Below are positions 26,673 to 36,563 of a stretch of 63,919 nt of DNA, piece by piece. The position numbers and the translations under genes were made by a program. The DNA lies in NCBI GenBank assembly GCA_035253645.1, contig DATFBW010000257.1:1-63919 (forward strand). Direction: 5' to 3'. The DNA is from Gemmatimonadaceae bacterium. Its GTDB lineage: Bacteria > Gemmatimonadota > Gemmatimonadetes > Gemmatimonadales > Gemmatimonadaceae. The notes under the pieces are model-generated. The model saw only the letters and a list, made by a program, of their open reading frames with translations, was not told the DNA's origin and ran no database searches. Within the stretch, counting starts at the first letter, position 1. Each line of letters opens with the position of its first letter.

Positions 26673-28145
26673 ATGTTACGCTGGATGCGCGCTGTTCTGC
26701 TTTCGGCGTTCGCCCTGTCGCAAGTCCGCGCGCAGGCTGGGCAACCGCGTCAGATCGCTCTCACGCGAGTTACGATCATCGATCCGGCGCGGGACTCACT
26801 GTTGCGCGACGCCACGGTGCTTCTGTCGGGGGAGCGCGTGGTCGCGGTGGGACCGCGGCGCAGCGTGGCAATTCCGCGGGGCGCGCAGGTGATCGACGGC
26901 AACGGAAAGTTTCTCATCCCCGGACTGTGGGACATGCATGTGCACATGGCCCAACCATTGTCCCCGGGCCTCGAGTTAGCGACGAACGCCGGGTATTTCT
27001 TCCCGTTGTTCATCGCATATGGGGTCACGGGCGTTCGGGACATGGCCGGCGACCTGGCGACATTGCGCGCGTGGCGCGACGAAATCGCAAAGGGCACGCG
27101 CGTTGGGCCGCATCTGTTTTTCACCGGTGAGAAGTTAGGCAAGGGCCCGGTCGTCGCCGGCGCGCCTTTCCCGCTCAGGACACGGCGCGATATCGAGCTC
27201 TCGGTGAAGGCGCTCTGGGATTCGGGAGCGTCTTTCGTCAAGCTGCACGACATCGCACCCGATCGTTTCAGCACCCTAACGCGGGATGCATGGCTTTACA
27301 ATCTGCCCGTGGTCGGGCACGTTGAGACGCACCATTCGCTGCGCGAGCTCGCGCGTGCGGGGATGCGGAGCGTGGAGCACCTCGACGGCGTCCTGCTCGC
27401 GAGCAGTCGCGGCGAAGATTCGCTGCGGCGGGCGCTGTTGCAGCAAGAACGCGCGAGCCTTTGGCATCGCGCGCTCATCAAGGCGCGTGTGCGCAAGCCG
27501 ATCCCGTATCCTGCCGCTACGATGGCGCAGGCGTACGATGGCGCGCGCGCGGACTCGTTGTTCGACCTGTTGCGCCAGACGGCAACGTGGCAATGTCCCA
27601 CTCTGCACTTGTTAGGCAGGCTTTATCGCCAGACAGATCCGGCTTTACGGCTCCCTCCCGACTCGTTGCTGGTGCGCGATGTGCCCAACCGGGCGCATGG
27701 ATTTGCGGATCCTCCGTTTCCGGCGACACATCCGCTATCGACCGTGTATGCTCGTCTGGCGGAGGTCGTGCGCACGATGTCGCGCCGAGGCGTTGGGTTG
27801 CTTGCGGGGACTGATACGCCTGGTCTGTATGCGGTGCCCGGCTTGTCGCTCCATCAGGAGCTCGCCTTGCTCGTGTCTGCTGGGTTGACGCCCCGTGAGG
27901 CATTGCGCGCAGCAACGACAGGCCCCGCGGATTTCTTCGAAGTCCGTGACTCGTTAGGCACCATCCGCGAGGGTGTGTTTGCAGATCTGATACTCCTGGA
28001 TGCCGATCCGCTGGTGGACATCGCCAACACGCGACGCATCCATGCCGTGTTCGCGCGTGGCCGATTCCTGGACCGCGCCGCGCTGGATCGCATGATCGCC
28101 GGAGCCGCGCAGGTCGCCCGGCGGATCCGCGCCGCGGCCCCATGA
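26673..28145 (+). CDS. Secreted amidohydrolase family metallo-hydrolase
   Basis: Signal peptide MLRWMRAVLLSAFALSQVRAQA. WDMHVHM metal motif, GTDTPG, and ADLILLDADPL near the C-terminus. Confidence 0.8.
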   Translation: MLRWMRAVLLSAFALSQVRAQAGQPRQIALTRVTIIDPARDSLLRDATVLLSGERVVAVGPRRSVAIPRGAQVIDGNGKFLIPGLWDMHVHMAQPLSPGLELATNAGYFFPLFIAYGVTGVRDMAGDLATLRAWRDEIAKGTRVGPHLFFTGEKLGKGPVVAGAPFPLRTRRDIELSVKALWDSGASFVKLHDIAPDRFSTLTRDAWLYNLPVVGHVETHHSLRELARAGMRSVEHLDGVLLASSRGEDSLRRALLQQERASLWHRALIKARVRKPIPYPAATMAQAYDGARADSLFDLLRQTATWQCPTLHLLGRLYRQTDPALRLPPDSLLVRDVPNRAHGFADPPFPATHPLSTVYARLAEVVRTMSRRGVGLLAGTDTPGLYAVPGLSLHQELALLVSAGLTPREALRAATTGPADFFEVRDSLGTIREGVFADLILLDADPLVDIANTRRIHAVFARGRFLDRAALDRMIAGAAQVARRIRAAAP

Positions 28146-30193
28146 TGCCCCAAGCGCCTAACGGCAGTTTGCCCGCGCTGTTGGGCTGGTTCTTCCTGCT
28201 GCTGGCCGGGCAGGTCGCCGCGCTCACCCTCGTCCGAGCGGGGCGCATTGTCTCGTATCAGCATTACGTAGTGGACTCGCTATGGAGCGGCACGCGCGGC
28301 GTAGCAGTCGGGGTGTTGCTCGTCCAGCTGCTCCTAGTGCTATGGGGAGTTCGCCGGCATTTGTCGGCGATCACTGGGTGGCTGCGCAGTACGTTTGCTA
28401 CGCCTATGCTCGTCGCTGCCGTCCTCGTCCTCGTTGCGGTCAGCGCGGCACCGTCTTTCTCGCCTGGGACATATGCAGGCGAGCTCGCCTTCGCGATCGC
28501 GATTCAACTGGTGGCGTTAGGCAACGTCGTCTGTCTCGCCCGGAGTGCGCCGGCGCCCCTCGTCGGGCGGTGGCAAGCCCTCGGCGATCGCTGGCTGGGC
28601 GGCGAGCGTACCGGTGGTCCCGTTCCTGGCAGACTCTTCGATCGCACGGCCCTCTGCGGCGCTGCCTGGACGACGCTGGTCGCGCTATTCCTTGCCATCT
28701 GTGTTTACCAGCGCATCCCGCACGTGCCTGACGAGATCGTGTACACGCTGCAGGCGCGCTACTTCGCCGCGGGTCAGCTGGCTATGGCCCCGCCGCCGGT
28801 GCCTGAGGCGTTTGACGTCGACTTGATGTATCTCGACTCCGAGCGGTGGTTCTCGCCCGTTCCCCCGGGTTGGCCAGCGTTGCTTGCCATTGGCGCTTTC
28901 ACGCGTGTCGCATGGCTTGTAAACCCGCTCCTCGCGGGGCTCGCGATCCTTCTCACCCACCTAGTCCTGCGTGAAGTGTACCCGCCGCGAACTGCGCGCG
29001 GCGCGACTCTTCTCCTTGCCTTCTCGCCGTGGTTGCTGTTCCTCGGCATGAGTTTCATGACGCATGTGGCGACGCTCGTGTTCGCGCTGATGGCCGCGTT
29101 AGGTGTCGCGCGTGCGCGCCGGCAGGGCGCGGCTTGGCCAGCGCTCCTCGGCGGTCTCGCTGTGGGCGTTGTGAGCCTGATCCGCCCGCTCGAAGGCTTG
29201 ATCATTGCCATCCTTCTGGGCATTTGGTCACTGGGGGCACGGCACGCCCGCTGGCGGTTCGCGCCGAGTGCCGCGCTCGTGCTAGGCACCGTGATCGCAG
29301 GAGCGCTGGTGCGGCCTTACAATGCCGCGCTTACAGGGTCGGCTTCACGTTTTCCTATCATGATGTACGTGAACCGCTACTACGCACCCGGCGCGAACGA
29401 TCTCGGGTTTGGAGCGAATCGCGGGCTTGGTTGGGGGACGCTGGATCCCTTTCCAGGGCACGGCGCGAAGGACGTTGTCGTGAATGCGGTGCTCAATACC
29501 TTCACGATCAATGTGGAGCTGTTTGGGTGGATCACGGGCTCGTTATGCATCCTGCTGGCCTTCATCGCCTCCCGCCGCCTCGCGCGGGCTGATTGGTGGA
29601 TGCTCGCCGTGATACTGGTGGTCGCCGGGATGCATTCGTTTTACTGGTTCAGCGGAGGCCCCGACTTCGCGGGACGTTACTGGTTCCTGGTGATCGTGCC
29701 GCTTGCCGCGCTGACCGCGGCGGGAACGCAGGTGCTCTTCAGTCAGAGTGCGCGCCCGAGAGCAACGTTAGGCATCGCGGCCCTTGTCGTCTGCGCAATG
29801 GTTGCATTCGTGCCATGGCGCGCGCGCGACAAGTACTGGCACTTCCGGCGTATGGAACCAGGGATCGCGGACCTTGCGCGGGCTCACGATATGGAAGGTG
29901 ACATCGTACTCGTGCGCGGGCTGCGGCATCCGGATTACCACGCGGCGGCCATCTTCAACCCTCTCGATCTCAGGAGCAAACAAACACTATTTGCCTGGGA
30001 CCGGAGTCGTGCCGTTCGGCAGAGAGTCGTCACGGAATATCCTGATCGCGAAGTGTGGATCGTCGACGGCCCAACGGTCACACGTGGCGGCTACGAAGTG
30101 CGCGCCGGGCCACTCCCCCCGGGCTCGGTCGCGGCGGAGCTGCCTCCATCCGACGAGCTGGAGAGCCTAACGAACCGTGAGCGCCGGCGCTGA
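28142..30193 (+). CDS. GT-C fold membrane glycosyltransferase (ArnT/PMT-like)
   Basis: 683 aa with many TM helices. First-loop PDEIVYTLQARYF contains the DE-type motif. ATGA overlap with the upstream gene. Confidence 0.6.
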   Translation: MMPQAPNGSLPALLGWFFLLLAGQVAALTLVRAGRIVSYQHYVVDSLWSGTRGVAVGVLLVQLLLVLWGVRRHLSAITGWLRSTFATPMLVAAVLVLVAVSAAPSFSPGTYAGELAFAIAIQLVALGNVVCLARSAPAPLVGRWQALGDRWLGGERTGGPVPGRLFDRTALCGAAWTTLVALFLAICVYQRIPHVPDEIVYTLQARYFAAGQLAMAPPPVPEAFDVDLMYLDSERWFSPVPPGWPALLAIGAFTRVAWLVNPLLAGLAILLTHLVLREVYPPRTARGATLLLAFSPWLLFLGMSFMTHVATLVFALMAALGVARARRQGAAWPALLGGLAVGVVSLIRPLEGLIIAILLGIWSLGARHARWRFAPSAALVLGTVIAGALVRPYNAALTGSASRFPIMMYVNRYYAPGANDLGFGANRGLGWGTLDPFPGHGAKDVVVNAVLNTFTINVELFGWITGSLCILLAFIASRRLARADWWMLAVILVVAGMHSFYWFSGGPDFAGRYWFLVIVPLAALTAAGTQVLFSQSARPRATLGIAALVVCAMVAFVPWRARDKYWHFRRMEPGIADLARAHDMEGDIVLVRGLRHPDYHAAAIFNPLDLRSKQTLFAWDRSRAVRQRVVTEYPDREVWIVDGPTVTRGGYEVRAGPLPPGSVAAELPPSDELESLTNRERRR

Positions 30194-31085
30194 GCCACGA
30201 GCGGAGGCCGCGCTCTCTGTCGTAATCGTCGTCTTCGCGGGCGGCCGGTCGGTGTTGGCGCCGCTGGAGTCGCTGCAGCAGCAGACGATAGGCACGAGCG
30301 CCGAAGTGATTGTCGTGGCCGCGAGTGACAAGCTCGCTGATGACGTCAGGCATGACATCGGCGAGTTCGCAAAGGTAGTGGTCGGTCCCGCCGGCGCGCA
30401 TCCGGCTCACCTTCGTTCGTTAGGCGTGCGCGCGGCACGTGGGCGGATCATCGCCTGCACGGAAGACCACTGCGTTCCGGCGAGCGATTGGTGCGCGAAG
30501 ATCATTGCGGCGCACGAGGCCGACGCCCAGGTCATCGGCGGGGCGATACAAAAGCTCACGCCAGACCACGCCATCGCCTGGGCGGCGTATTTGCTGGAAT
30601 ATGGGAGGTACATGCCGCCTATCTCGAGCGGAACGGTCGCGTACCTCTCCGATTGCAATGTGAGCTACAAACGGCGCGCCCTTGAAGAGATCTCCGGGGT
30701 GTGGCAGGACGCCTTTCACGAGACGGAGGTGCATGACAGCATCCGATCACGCTGGGGACAAGACGCGTTGTTGCAGGATCCCTCCATTCTCGTGCTACAG
30801 TCCCGCCGCCCCGCCCTCGCCTCATTCCTTGGCGAACGGTTTGCCCATGGTCGGCTATTCGCACGGCTGCGGGTTGCGCGCTATGGCCTGCCGGCGCGTC
30901 TCATGTACAGCGCGATCGCGTTAGGCTTGACTCCGCTGCTCGTTATACGTGCCGTGGCTCGCGCGCTGGGACGGAACGAGGCACGCACGAGTGCGCTGCG
31001 TGCGCTGCCGTATCTAACGCTGGCAGCTGCTTCGTGGAGTGTGGGCGAAAGTGTCGGTGCGCTCACACCCGGCCATAAGGAGTGA
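30177..31085 (+). CDS. GT2 family glycosyltransferase (paralogue of 48543-49439)
   Basis: LSVVIVVFAGG, TEDHCVP, LLEYGRY and DCNVSYKRR are shared with the 48543 gene. Confidence 0.65.
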   Translation: MSAGAEPRAEAALSVVIVVFAGGRSVLAPLESLQQQTIGTSAEVIVVAASDKLADDVRHDIGEFAKVVVGPAGAHPAHLRSLGVRAARGRIIACTEDHCVPASDWCAKIIAAHEADAQVIGGAIQKLTPDHAIAWAAYLLEYGRYMPPISSGTVAYLSDCNVSYKRRALEEISGVWQDAFHETEVHDSIRSRWGQDALLQDPSILVLQSRRPALASFLGERFAHGRLFARLRVARYGLPARLMYSAIALGLTPLLVIRAVARALGRNEARTSALRALPYLTLAAASWSVGESVGALTPGHKE

Positions 31086-32113
31086 GCGTGGGCGCCGACT
31101 GGTCCTCGTTAGGTATACGTTGTCCGCGCTGTCTGGAAGAGTTGGATACCGGGGACGCGAGCGCGCTCAAGTGCGTCAAGTGCAGCGCGACATACCCGAT
31201 CCACCATGGCATCCCCGATCTGCGCACGGGCGACGATCCGTACCTCAGCAAGGACAAGGATCTGGAAGCGGCGAACGCTCTTGCCGCGCGCGCCGCGACG
31301 ATGAATTTCCGTGAGCTGTTGACGTCATATTATGCCACGAACGACAAAGTCCCTGCGGCTCAAGTTGCGCTCTTCTCCCAAGGGACGCTTGCCGCAGCGG
31401 AACGCGCCGAGACAACGCTAACGGCATGGGAGCGGCGGGACGCTCGGGTCTCGGGCATCCCCCCGTCGACGGCGACCTTTCTCGACGTTGGCTGCGGCAC
31501 GGGCCCTCTGGCCATCGCGGCCGCTCGGCGCGGTTGGCGCGTCATCGGCGTGGATGTCGGCCTGCGCTGGCTGGTCCTGGCCCAAAAGCGGGCTCGCGAG
31601 GCCGAGCTGGACATACCATTCATCTGCGCGAACGCGGAGGTGCTGCCGTTCTGTGATGGAGTGATGACGCGCGTGGGCGGCGAGTCGATTTTGGAGAACA
31701 CCGCCGACCCGGGTCAGGCGTTGCATGAGTTCAGCCGCGTCCTGATGCGAGGCGGAAGGCTGTGGCTAACGACGCCTAACAAGCGCTCGCTCGGGCCGGA
31801 TCCGCACCTTGGCGTCATCGCGGGGGGCTGGTGGCCCGAGGGTCTACTCAAGCGACACGCGACGCGCGCCGGCAAAGTGTACCCCAAACGGAAGCTGTTC
31901 ACGCGCGGCGAGCTGCGGCAGCTCCTCGAGGCGGCGGATTTTGGGGGGATCGAGATAGCGCTCCCCGACATCGCGCAGGCGCAGCGCGATACGCAAACAC
32001 TCGTTATGCAGAGTGCGATCGCAGGATATCAAGCCATCAAGCGACTGCCGATCGCGGGGTCGCTCATGGGCACCGTGGCACCCACCTTTCTCGTCACCGC
32101 GACGCGCGTATGA
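31082..32113 (+). CDS. Class I SAM methyltransferase with N-terminal Trm112-like zinc ribbon
   Basis: CPRC...CVKCSATYPIHHGIPDL followed by LDVGCGTGPLAIAAARRG. Confidence 0.75.
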   Translation: MSVGADWSSLGIRCPRCLEELDTGDASALKCVKCSATYPIHHGIPDLRTGDDPYLSKDKDLEAANALAARAATMNFRELLTSYYATNDKVPAAQVALFSQGTLAAAERAETTLTAWERRDARVSGIPPSTATFLDVGCGTGPLAIAAARRGWRVIGVDVGLRWLVLAQKRAREAELDIPFICANAEVLPFCDGVMTRVGGESILENTADPGQALHEFSRVLMRGGRLWLTTPNKRSLGPDPHLGVIAGGWWPEGLLKRHATRAGKVYPKRKLFTRGELRQLLEAADFGGIEIALPDIAQAQRDTQTLVMQSAIAGYQAIKRLPIAGSLMGTVAPTFLVTATRV

Positions 32114-33072
32114 CGGATCCGAGCGGTGCATTCGACGGGCGCCGCGCGGTGGTGACGGGAGCGTCGGGGTTCATCGGACGCTGGGTCGTGCGCGCGTTGG
32201 CGGAGCGGGGCGCGCATGTTCTCGCTGTCGGGCGCGATCGCGTCGCAGTGGAAACTGCATTACGAGATGCGCGCGGGCAGATAGAAATCATTGAATCGGA
32301 CCTGGAGCTCATGACACCAGGGTGGATCACCCCGCTGGCGCCGGACGTCGTCTTCAATCTGGCGGGTTACGGCGTGGATCGCACCGAGCGGGACGAGACG
32401 ACGGCCTGGCGCATCAATCACTACGTCGTTCAGGCACTCGCCATCGAAACCTCCACGTTAGGCGGCGACTGGCCGCATGCGCGGCTCGTGCACACAGGGT
32501 CCGCGCTCGAGTACGGAATGACCGCGGGTGACTTGCGTGAAGATTCACCGGCGTCGCCAACGACGCTCTATGGCAAGACGAAGCTGGGCGCGACGCGTGA
32601 GCTCGCGCGGCTGGGACAGACGAGTGGTCTCCGCGCGATCGTTGCGCGCCTTTTTACTGTCTATGGGCCCGGGGAACACGCGGGAAGGCTGCTGCCGACA
32701 ATCCTTGCAGCCGCGCGGCATAACGAGCCGATCCCGCTCACCGACGGGACGCAGCGGCGAGATTTTGCCTATGTAGAAGATGTGGTCGAAGGACTGTTAC
32801 GACTCGCTGTGTCCGATGCGGCACCAGGTGAGGTGGTGAACCTCGCGAGCGGCGTTATGCAGTCGGTGCGCACGTTCGTCGAGCGCGCGGCGGATGCGGC
32901 GGGCATCGATCGGGACCGCCTCCAATTCGGAGCGCTGCCCACGCGACCCGAAGAAATGGAGCACAGCGGCGTCAGCGTCGCTAAGCTCCAGCGCCTAACG
33001 GGATGGACGCCATCGGCCGACATCGTGGCCGGGGTCCGTCGGACAATCTACCACCTAGGGGTTAGGGGTTAG
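32110..33072 (+). CDS. NAD-dependent sugar epimerase/dehydratase (SDR)
   Basis: AVVTGASGFIGRWVV and the YGKTK catalytic YxxxK. ATGA overlap with the upstream gene. The last codons (LGVRG) are encoded by the GGGGTTA repeat. Confidence 0.8.
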   Translation: MTDPSGAFDGRRAVVTGASGFIGRWVVRALAERGAHVLAVGRDRVAVETALRDARGQIEIIESDLELMTPGWITPLAPDVVFNLAGYGVDRTERDETTAWRINHYVVQALAIETSTLGGDWPHARLVHTGSALEYGMTAGDLREDSPASPTTLYGKTKLGATRELARLGQTSGLRAIVARLFTVYGPGEHAGRLLPTILAAARHNEPIPLTDGTQRRDFAYVEDVVEGLLRLAVSDAAPGEVVNLASGVMQSVRTFVERAADAAGIDRDRLQFGALPTRPEEMEHSGVSVAKLQRLTGWTPSADIVAGVRRTIYHLGVRG

Positions 33073-33140
33073 GGGTTAGCCCAGCGCGACGTTTCGGTGA
33101 CGCCGGGCTAACCCCTAACCCCCAACCCCTAACCCCTAGG
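33054..33140. repeat. Imperfect palindrome of telomere-like heptamers: (GGGGTTA)3 - 23-nt spacer - (TAACCCC)4; probable bidirectional terminator hairpin
   Basis: CCTAGGGGTTAGGGGTTAGGGGTTAGCCC ... GGGCTAACCCCTAACCCCCAACCCCTAACCCCTAGG. The inner 18 bp pair perfectly. It lies at the junction of two convergent ORFs that both terminate inside it. Confidence 0.8.
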
Positions 33141-34078
33141 AGGTAGGCTATCGCCCCTCCGATCAGACCACCGATGATAATGATGGCCTCGAAGACGAGG
33201 CCCACAGCGAGCGCCATTGCTGCCGCGACGCCGAATGGAGCGAAGAGGACGACCTGCGCCGCCTCGCGGACACCGATCCCACCCTGCGTGACGGGCGCGA
33301 GCCCCGAGATCTTGGCCAGCGGCCAGACGAAGAGCCACACGTACAGCGGGATGGCGATGCCAATCGTTAGGCCCAGCGCATAGTTCAGTACGACGAGCAA
33401 CGCCTGCAACAACATCCCGAGGCCGATCGCTGCCACGATTGCCTGCGGGCGCTGAGCGGTGGCGCGCAGTGCGCGACGCGCGTGCACCAGTTTTCGGCGC
33501 ACCTTGTAGGGGAGCCGACGCACGGGAAACCGCGTGAGCACAACAACGCCGACGATAGCCGCGACGAGAAGGACGGCACCTAACGAGAGGAACACGGCGC
33601 GGCTGCGGGGATCCAGCGCACGGGGCAGTAATAGCGCCCCGATCCCCGCGACGGCCCCAAGGCTGATGATGTCCCCGACGCGATCGACAAGGCTGCCGAG
33701 CAGAAGGCCGCTCTTCGAACGCGTCACACTCAGCGCGACCCCCGCGCGCACCACGTCGCCACCGACGATCGAGGGCAGAAACGTATTTCCAAATAGACCG
33801 GCATAATACGCGCGTGCAGCGTTACGAAAGGACAATCCGGCGCCTGCGGTATTCGTGACGAGCCGCCATTTGACGATGCCGATGAGATGCAGCGAGAGGT
33901 ACGCGACGAGGGCGAGAGGCAATACCCAGATCGGCATGCGCCGCAGCGCGTCCACGAGCTCATTGAATGGGATTGCAACGATGAGCAATGCCAGGACAAC
34001 GGCGCTGCCGGCCAATCTGAAAATCGGCCGGCGCCAGACGGGGATCTGACCCCCTTCGGTCTGTCCCGCCGGACTCAC
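33062..34078 (-). CDS. UPF0104 / LPG-synthase-TM family membrane protein (flippase-like), second copy
   Basis: 338 aa, polytopic. [15 protein letters not shown] signature. The C-terminal tail runs into the palindrome, so the true stop and usable tail are uncertain. Confidence 0.65.
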   Translation of the reverse strand: MSPAGQTEGGQIPVWRRPIFRLAGSAVVLALLIVAIPFNELVDALRRMPIWVLPLALVAYLSLHLIGIVKWRLVTNTAGAGLSFRNAARAYYAGLFGNTFLPSIVGGDVVRAGVALSVTRSKSGLLLGSLVDRVGDIISLGAVAGIGALLLPRALDPRSRAVFLSLGAVLLVAAIVGVVVLTRFPVRRLPYKVRRKLVHARRALRATAQRPQAIVAAIGLGMLLQALLVVLNYALGLTIGIAIPLYVWLFVWPLAKISGLAPVTQGGIGVREAAQVVLFAPFGVAAAMALAVGLVFEAIIIIGGLIGGAIAYLLGVRGWGLGVSPASPKRRAGLTPNP

Positions 34079-35076
34079 CAGCCTTGCTCGCCCTCGCCCG
34101 GACGCGCCCCTATCAAAGGAGTCTGACCCCTTTGGTCATCCAGCTCCTGTTTACGCAAGCGATACAGCGTCTCCTCCAACATCTTCCGGTTGTTCGCGAT
34201 GAGGTCGGCCACGAGACCGATCAAGAGCACCTGGAATCCCACGATGATGAGGATCGCGGCCAGGATCAGAGACTGTATGTGACCAACGCGCTGGCCGATC
34301 GCGTAGAAGTACAGGAAGCGGATGCCGGGGATCGTGCCTAACGCAATCAGAAGCGCTCCCAGGACGGAGAACACGCGTAGCGGCTGATACATCGCATACG
34401 CGCGCACGATCGTGATTCCCGATTTCCTGATGTAATGCGGGATGCTCTTCATCAAACGCGATGGACGCGTCTGCGGATTGATCCCGATCGGAACGAACGT
34501 CACCGCCGCGCGCCGCGCGCCGGCCTGGATCAACGTTTCGAGAGTGTACGAGTAGTTGCTCAATACCAGTGTGCGCAGGGCCGCATCCCGCGACAGCGCG
34601 CGGAAGCCGCTCGTCGCATCGGGCGTGTCGAGATCCGCTGCACGTCCAATCACCCAACTCCCAAACGTCTGCAGCCGGCGCTTGAGCCACGAGAAATGCG
34701 CCAAAGCGCCCACGCCGCGATCGCCGACCACAACCTCGGCGCGCCGCGCAAGAATTGGCTCGATGAGTCGCTCGATGTCGGCGGCTTGATACTGATTGTC
34801 CGCGTCCGTGTTGACGATGATGTCAGCACCGGCGCGCAGCGACGCTTCGAGCCCCGCAACGAACGCAGCGGCGAGCCCGCGATTCCGCTCGAAGTGCACG
34901 ACATGCTGCACGCCGTTGGCACGCGCAACCGCAGCCGTGTCGTCGCGGCTCCCGTCATCGATCACGACGTATTCGATCGTGTCGATCCCCGGCAGAGAGC
35001 GGGGAAGGTCCCGCAGCGTCGCCGGGAGTGTCAACGCTTCGTTGAAGCAGGGGATCTGAATGACGAGCTTCGTCAC
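34075..35076 (-). CDS. GT2 polyprenyl-phosphate glycosyltransferase (GtrB/Dpm1-like) with C-terminal TM helices
   Basis: [26 protein letters not shown] and [14 protein letters not shown] overlap with the upstream stop at 35073-35075 (alternative ATG at 35094). Confidence 0.8.
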   Translation of the reverse strand: MTKLVIQIPCFNEALTLPATLRDLPRSLPGIDTIEYVVIDDGSRDDTAAVARANGVQHVVHFERNRGLAAAFVAGLEASLRAGADIIVNTDADNQYQAADIERLIEPILARRAEVVVGDRGVGALAHFSWLKRRLQTFGSWVIGRAADLDTPDATSGFRALSRDAALRTLVLSNYSYTLETLIQAGARRAAVTFVPIGINPQTRPSRLMKSIPHYIRKSGITIVRAYAMYQPLRVFSVLGALLIALGTIPGIRFLYFYAIGQRVGHIQSLILAAILIIVGFQVLLIGLVADLIANNRKMLEETLYRLRKQELDDQRGQTPLIGARPGEGEQGW

Positions 35077-36563
35077 GCTCTCTCCAGCGTACACACGACG
35101 ATATCACCACCACCTACCGTTCCGCGGAACACACGCTCCGGCCTGCACTCGCGGCGGATCACGTCAGCGATACCGGGTGAACGGCTTTCAAGGTAGCGAG
35201 GAAACGTGTAAAGCACCCATGTGCGCGGCGCGTTATTCCGGGCTTCAGCGAGTTGTTGCGGTGTTTCGATATTGGGCCAGGGCAGCTGCCAGAGCTGCGT
35301 GTAGGGATCCGCAGGGACGCCGCTCGATACCACCGCGTCTGCCGGGCCCTTTGCCTGCAGGACGAAGCGCATCGCGCCTTCGAAATCCTGCTTGGGATAC
35401 CTGTAGTTCGGGATGAGCGACAAAGCCGACACGACGATGAGCGCGCTCGAGCCCACGGTCGCGACCCGGAGAGGGTTGGCGAAGAGAGGCAGCCGTATCC
35501 TTTCCGCGAGCCACTCAGCGATCGCAAAAGCGCCCCGCATAACGACGATCACCACGGGACCAATCGCGAAGAAGAAGAAACGCGGGTACATCGTCCCGCG
35601 GGCCATCAGCGCACCGCCGATCGTGGCGAGAACAGGCATGATCAAGAGGAGGACGAACGCCGGGGCGCGGCGCCACAGACTTACCAGCCCGCTGCCCACG
35701 CACGACGCGCCTAACGCTACAGCCACGACGCCGGCAGCGAGCATCCCGCCGCTCAACCCGAGCACGAGCACGCGGATCCCCTCGAGGACTGCCCAGCGCG
35801 TAGTCGACACGCCGAGGAGGTTCGAGGGGCGGTTGACGAAGTAGTCGTACACCTGGGGGAGCATGGCGCCGTAGAACGCCACGGTCAGTCCCGCAGCCAG
35901 GGCGAAACCTAACGCCGCCCGACGAACCGTCTCCGCACGGGCTGTGGAGCGGTCACGCAGCACGAGATACGCAACGACCGCCACGGCGTGGCCTACGACG
36001 ATGAAAATCGCCGTGAGGTGGGTGAACGCGGCCAGTGCTGCGACGACGCCATACCAGGCCCACGGACGCCATGCAGGCTCCGACAGACCACGGAGCGCCA
36101 GCCAGGTAAGCACCACCGCGAAGAACGCCATCGCGCTGTACCCGCGTGCGTTCTGCGAGAACCAGACGTGATGATACGATACGGACAAGAAGGCACATGC
36201 GAGTAGCGCCTCACGTGTCGAGACGAGCCGCCGCGCGAGCGCGAACAACGCGGGGATCGTCGCGACCCCAAAGAGCACGGCCGGCAGCCTAACGCTCCAT
36301 GGTGCCTCGCCGAACAGCGCGCGCGAGGCGTGCGCGAGGAGCGCGTACAGCGGATGGTGGTTGTCGCCCCAGTACTCCGTCAGGATGCTTCCTACGGGCG
36401 ACCTGAACGACCGCACCAGCGAATAGATCTCGTCGATCCAGAGCCCGCCGTTGAGCCCAATCCCGCGCGCGACGGCAGCAACGACAATGAGCGCGCCTAA
36501 CGCGATCCAGGGTGTCGCGTACGGCTGCGCCGCCTGTCCCTCGTCCGTCGCACGCGAAGCGAT
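35073..36563 (-). CDS. GT-C fold membrane glycosyltransferase; the N-terminal 49 codons have no canonical start codon
   Basis: The ORF-finder start GTG 36416 removes TM1 ([21 protein letters not shown]) and the LWIDEIY loop. Both are encoded in frame at 36417-36563, directly after the TAG of the upstream gene. Confidence 0.55.
   Translation of the reverse strand: MASRATDEGQAAQPYATPWIALGALIVVAAVARGIGLNGGLWIDEIYSLVRSFRSPVGSILTEYWGDNHHPLYALLAHASRALFGEAPWSVRLPAVLFGVATIPALFALARRLVSTREALLACAFLSVSYHHVWFSQNARGYSAMAFFAVVLTWLALRGLSEPAWRPWAWYGVVAALAAFTHLTAIFIVVGHAVAVVAYLVLRDRSTARAETVRRAALGFALAAGLTVAFYGAMLPQVYDYFVNRPSNLLGVSTTRWAVLEGIRVLVLGLSGGMLAAGVVAVALGASCVGSGLVSLWRRAPAFVLLLIMPVLATIGGALMARGTMYPRFFFFAIGPVVIVVMRGAFAIAEWLAERIRLPLFANPLRVATVGSSALIVVSALSLIPNYRYPKQDFEGAMRFVLQAKGPADAVVSSGVPADPYTQLWQLPWPNIETPQQLAEARNNAPRTWVLYTFPRYLESRSPGIADVIRRECRPERVFRGTVGGGDIVVCTLERA

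Noticed and set aside
33054-33140. TTAGGGG-type repeats as a genuine telomere or linear-replicon end.
   Set aside because: The repeats are arranged as an inverted pair in the middle of a continuous operon-dense region, with genes on both sides. A hairpin, terminator or REP-like element is the simpler reading.
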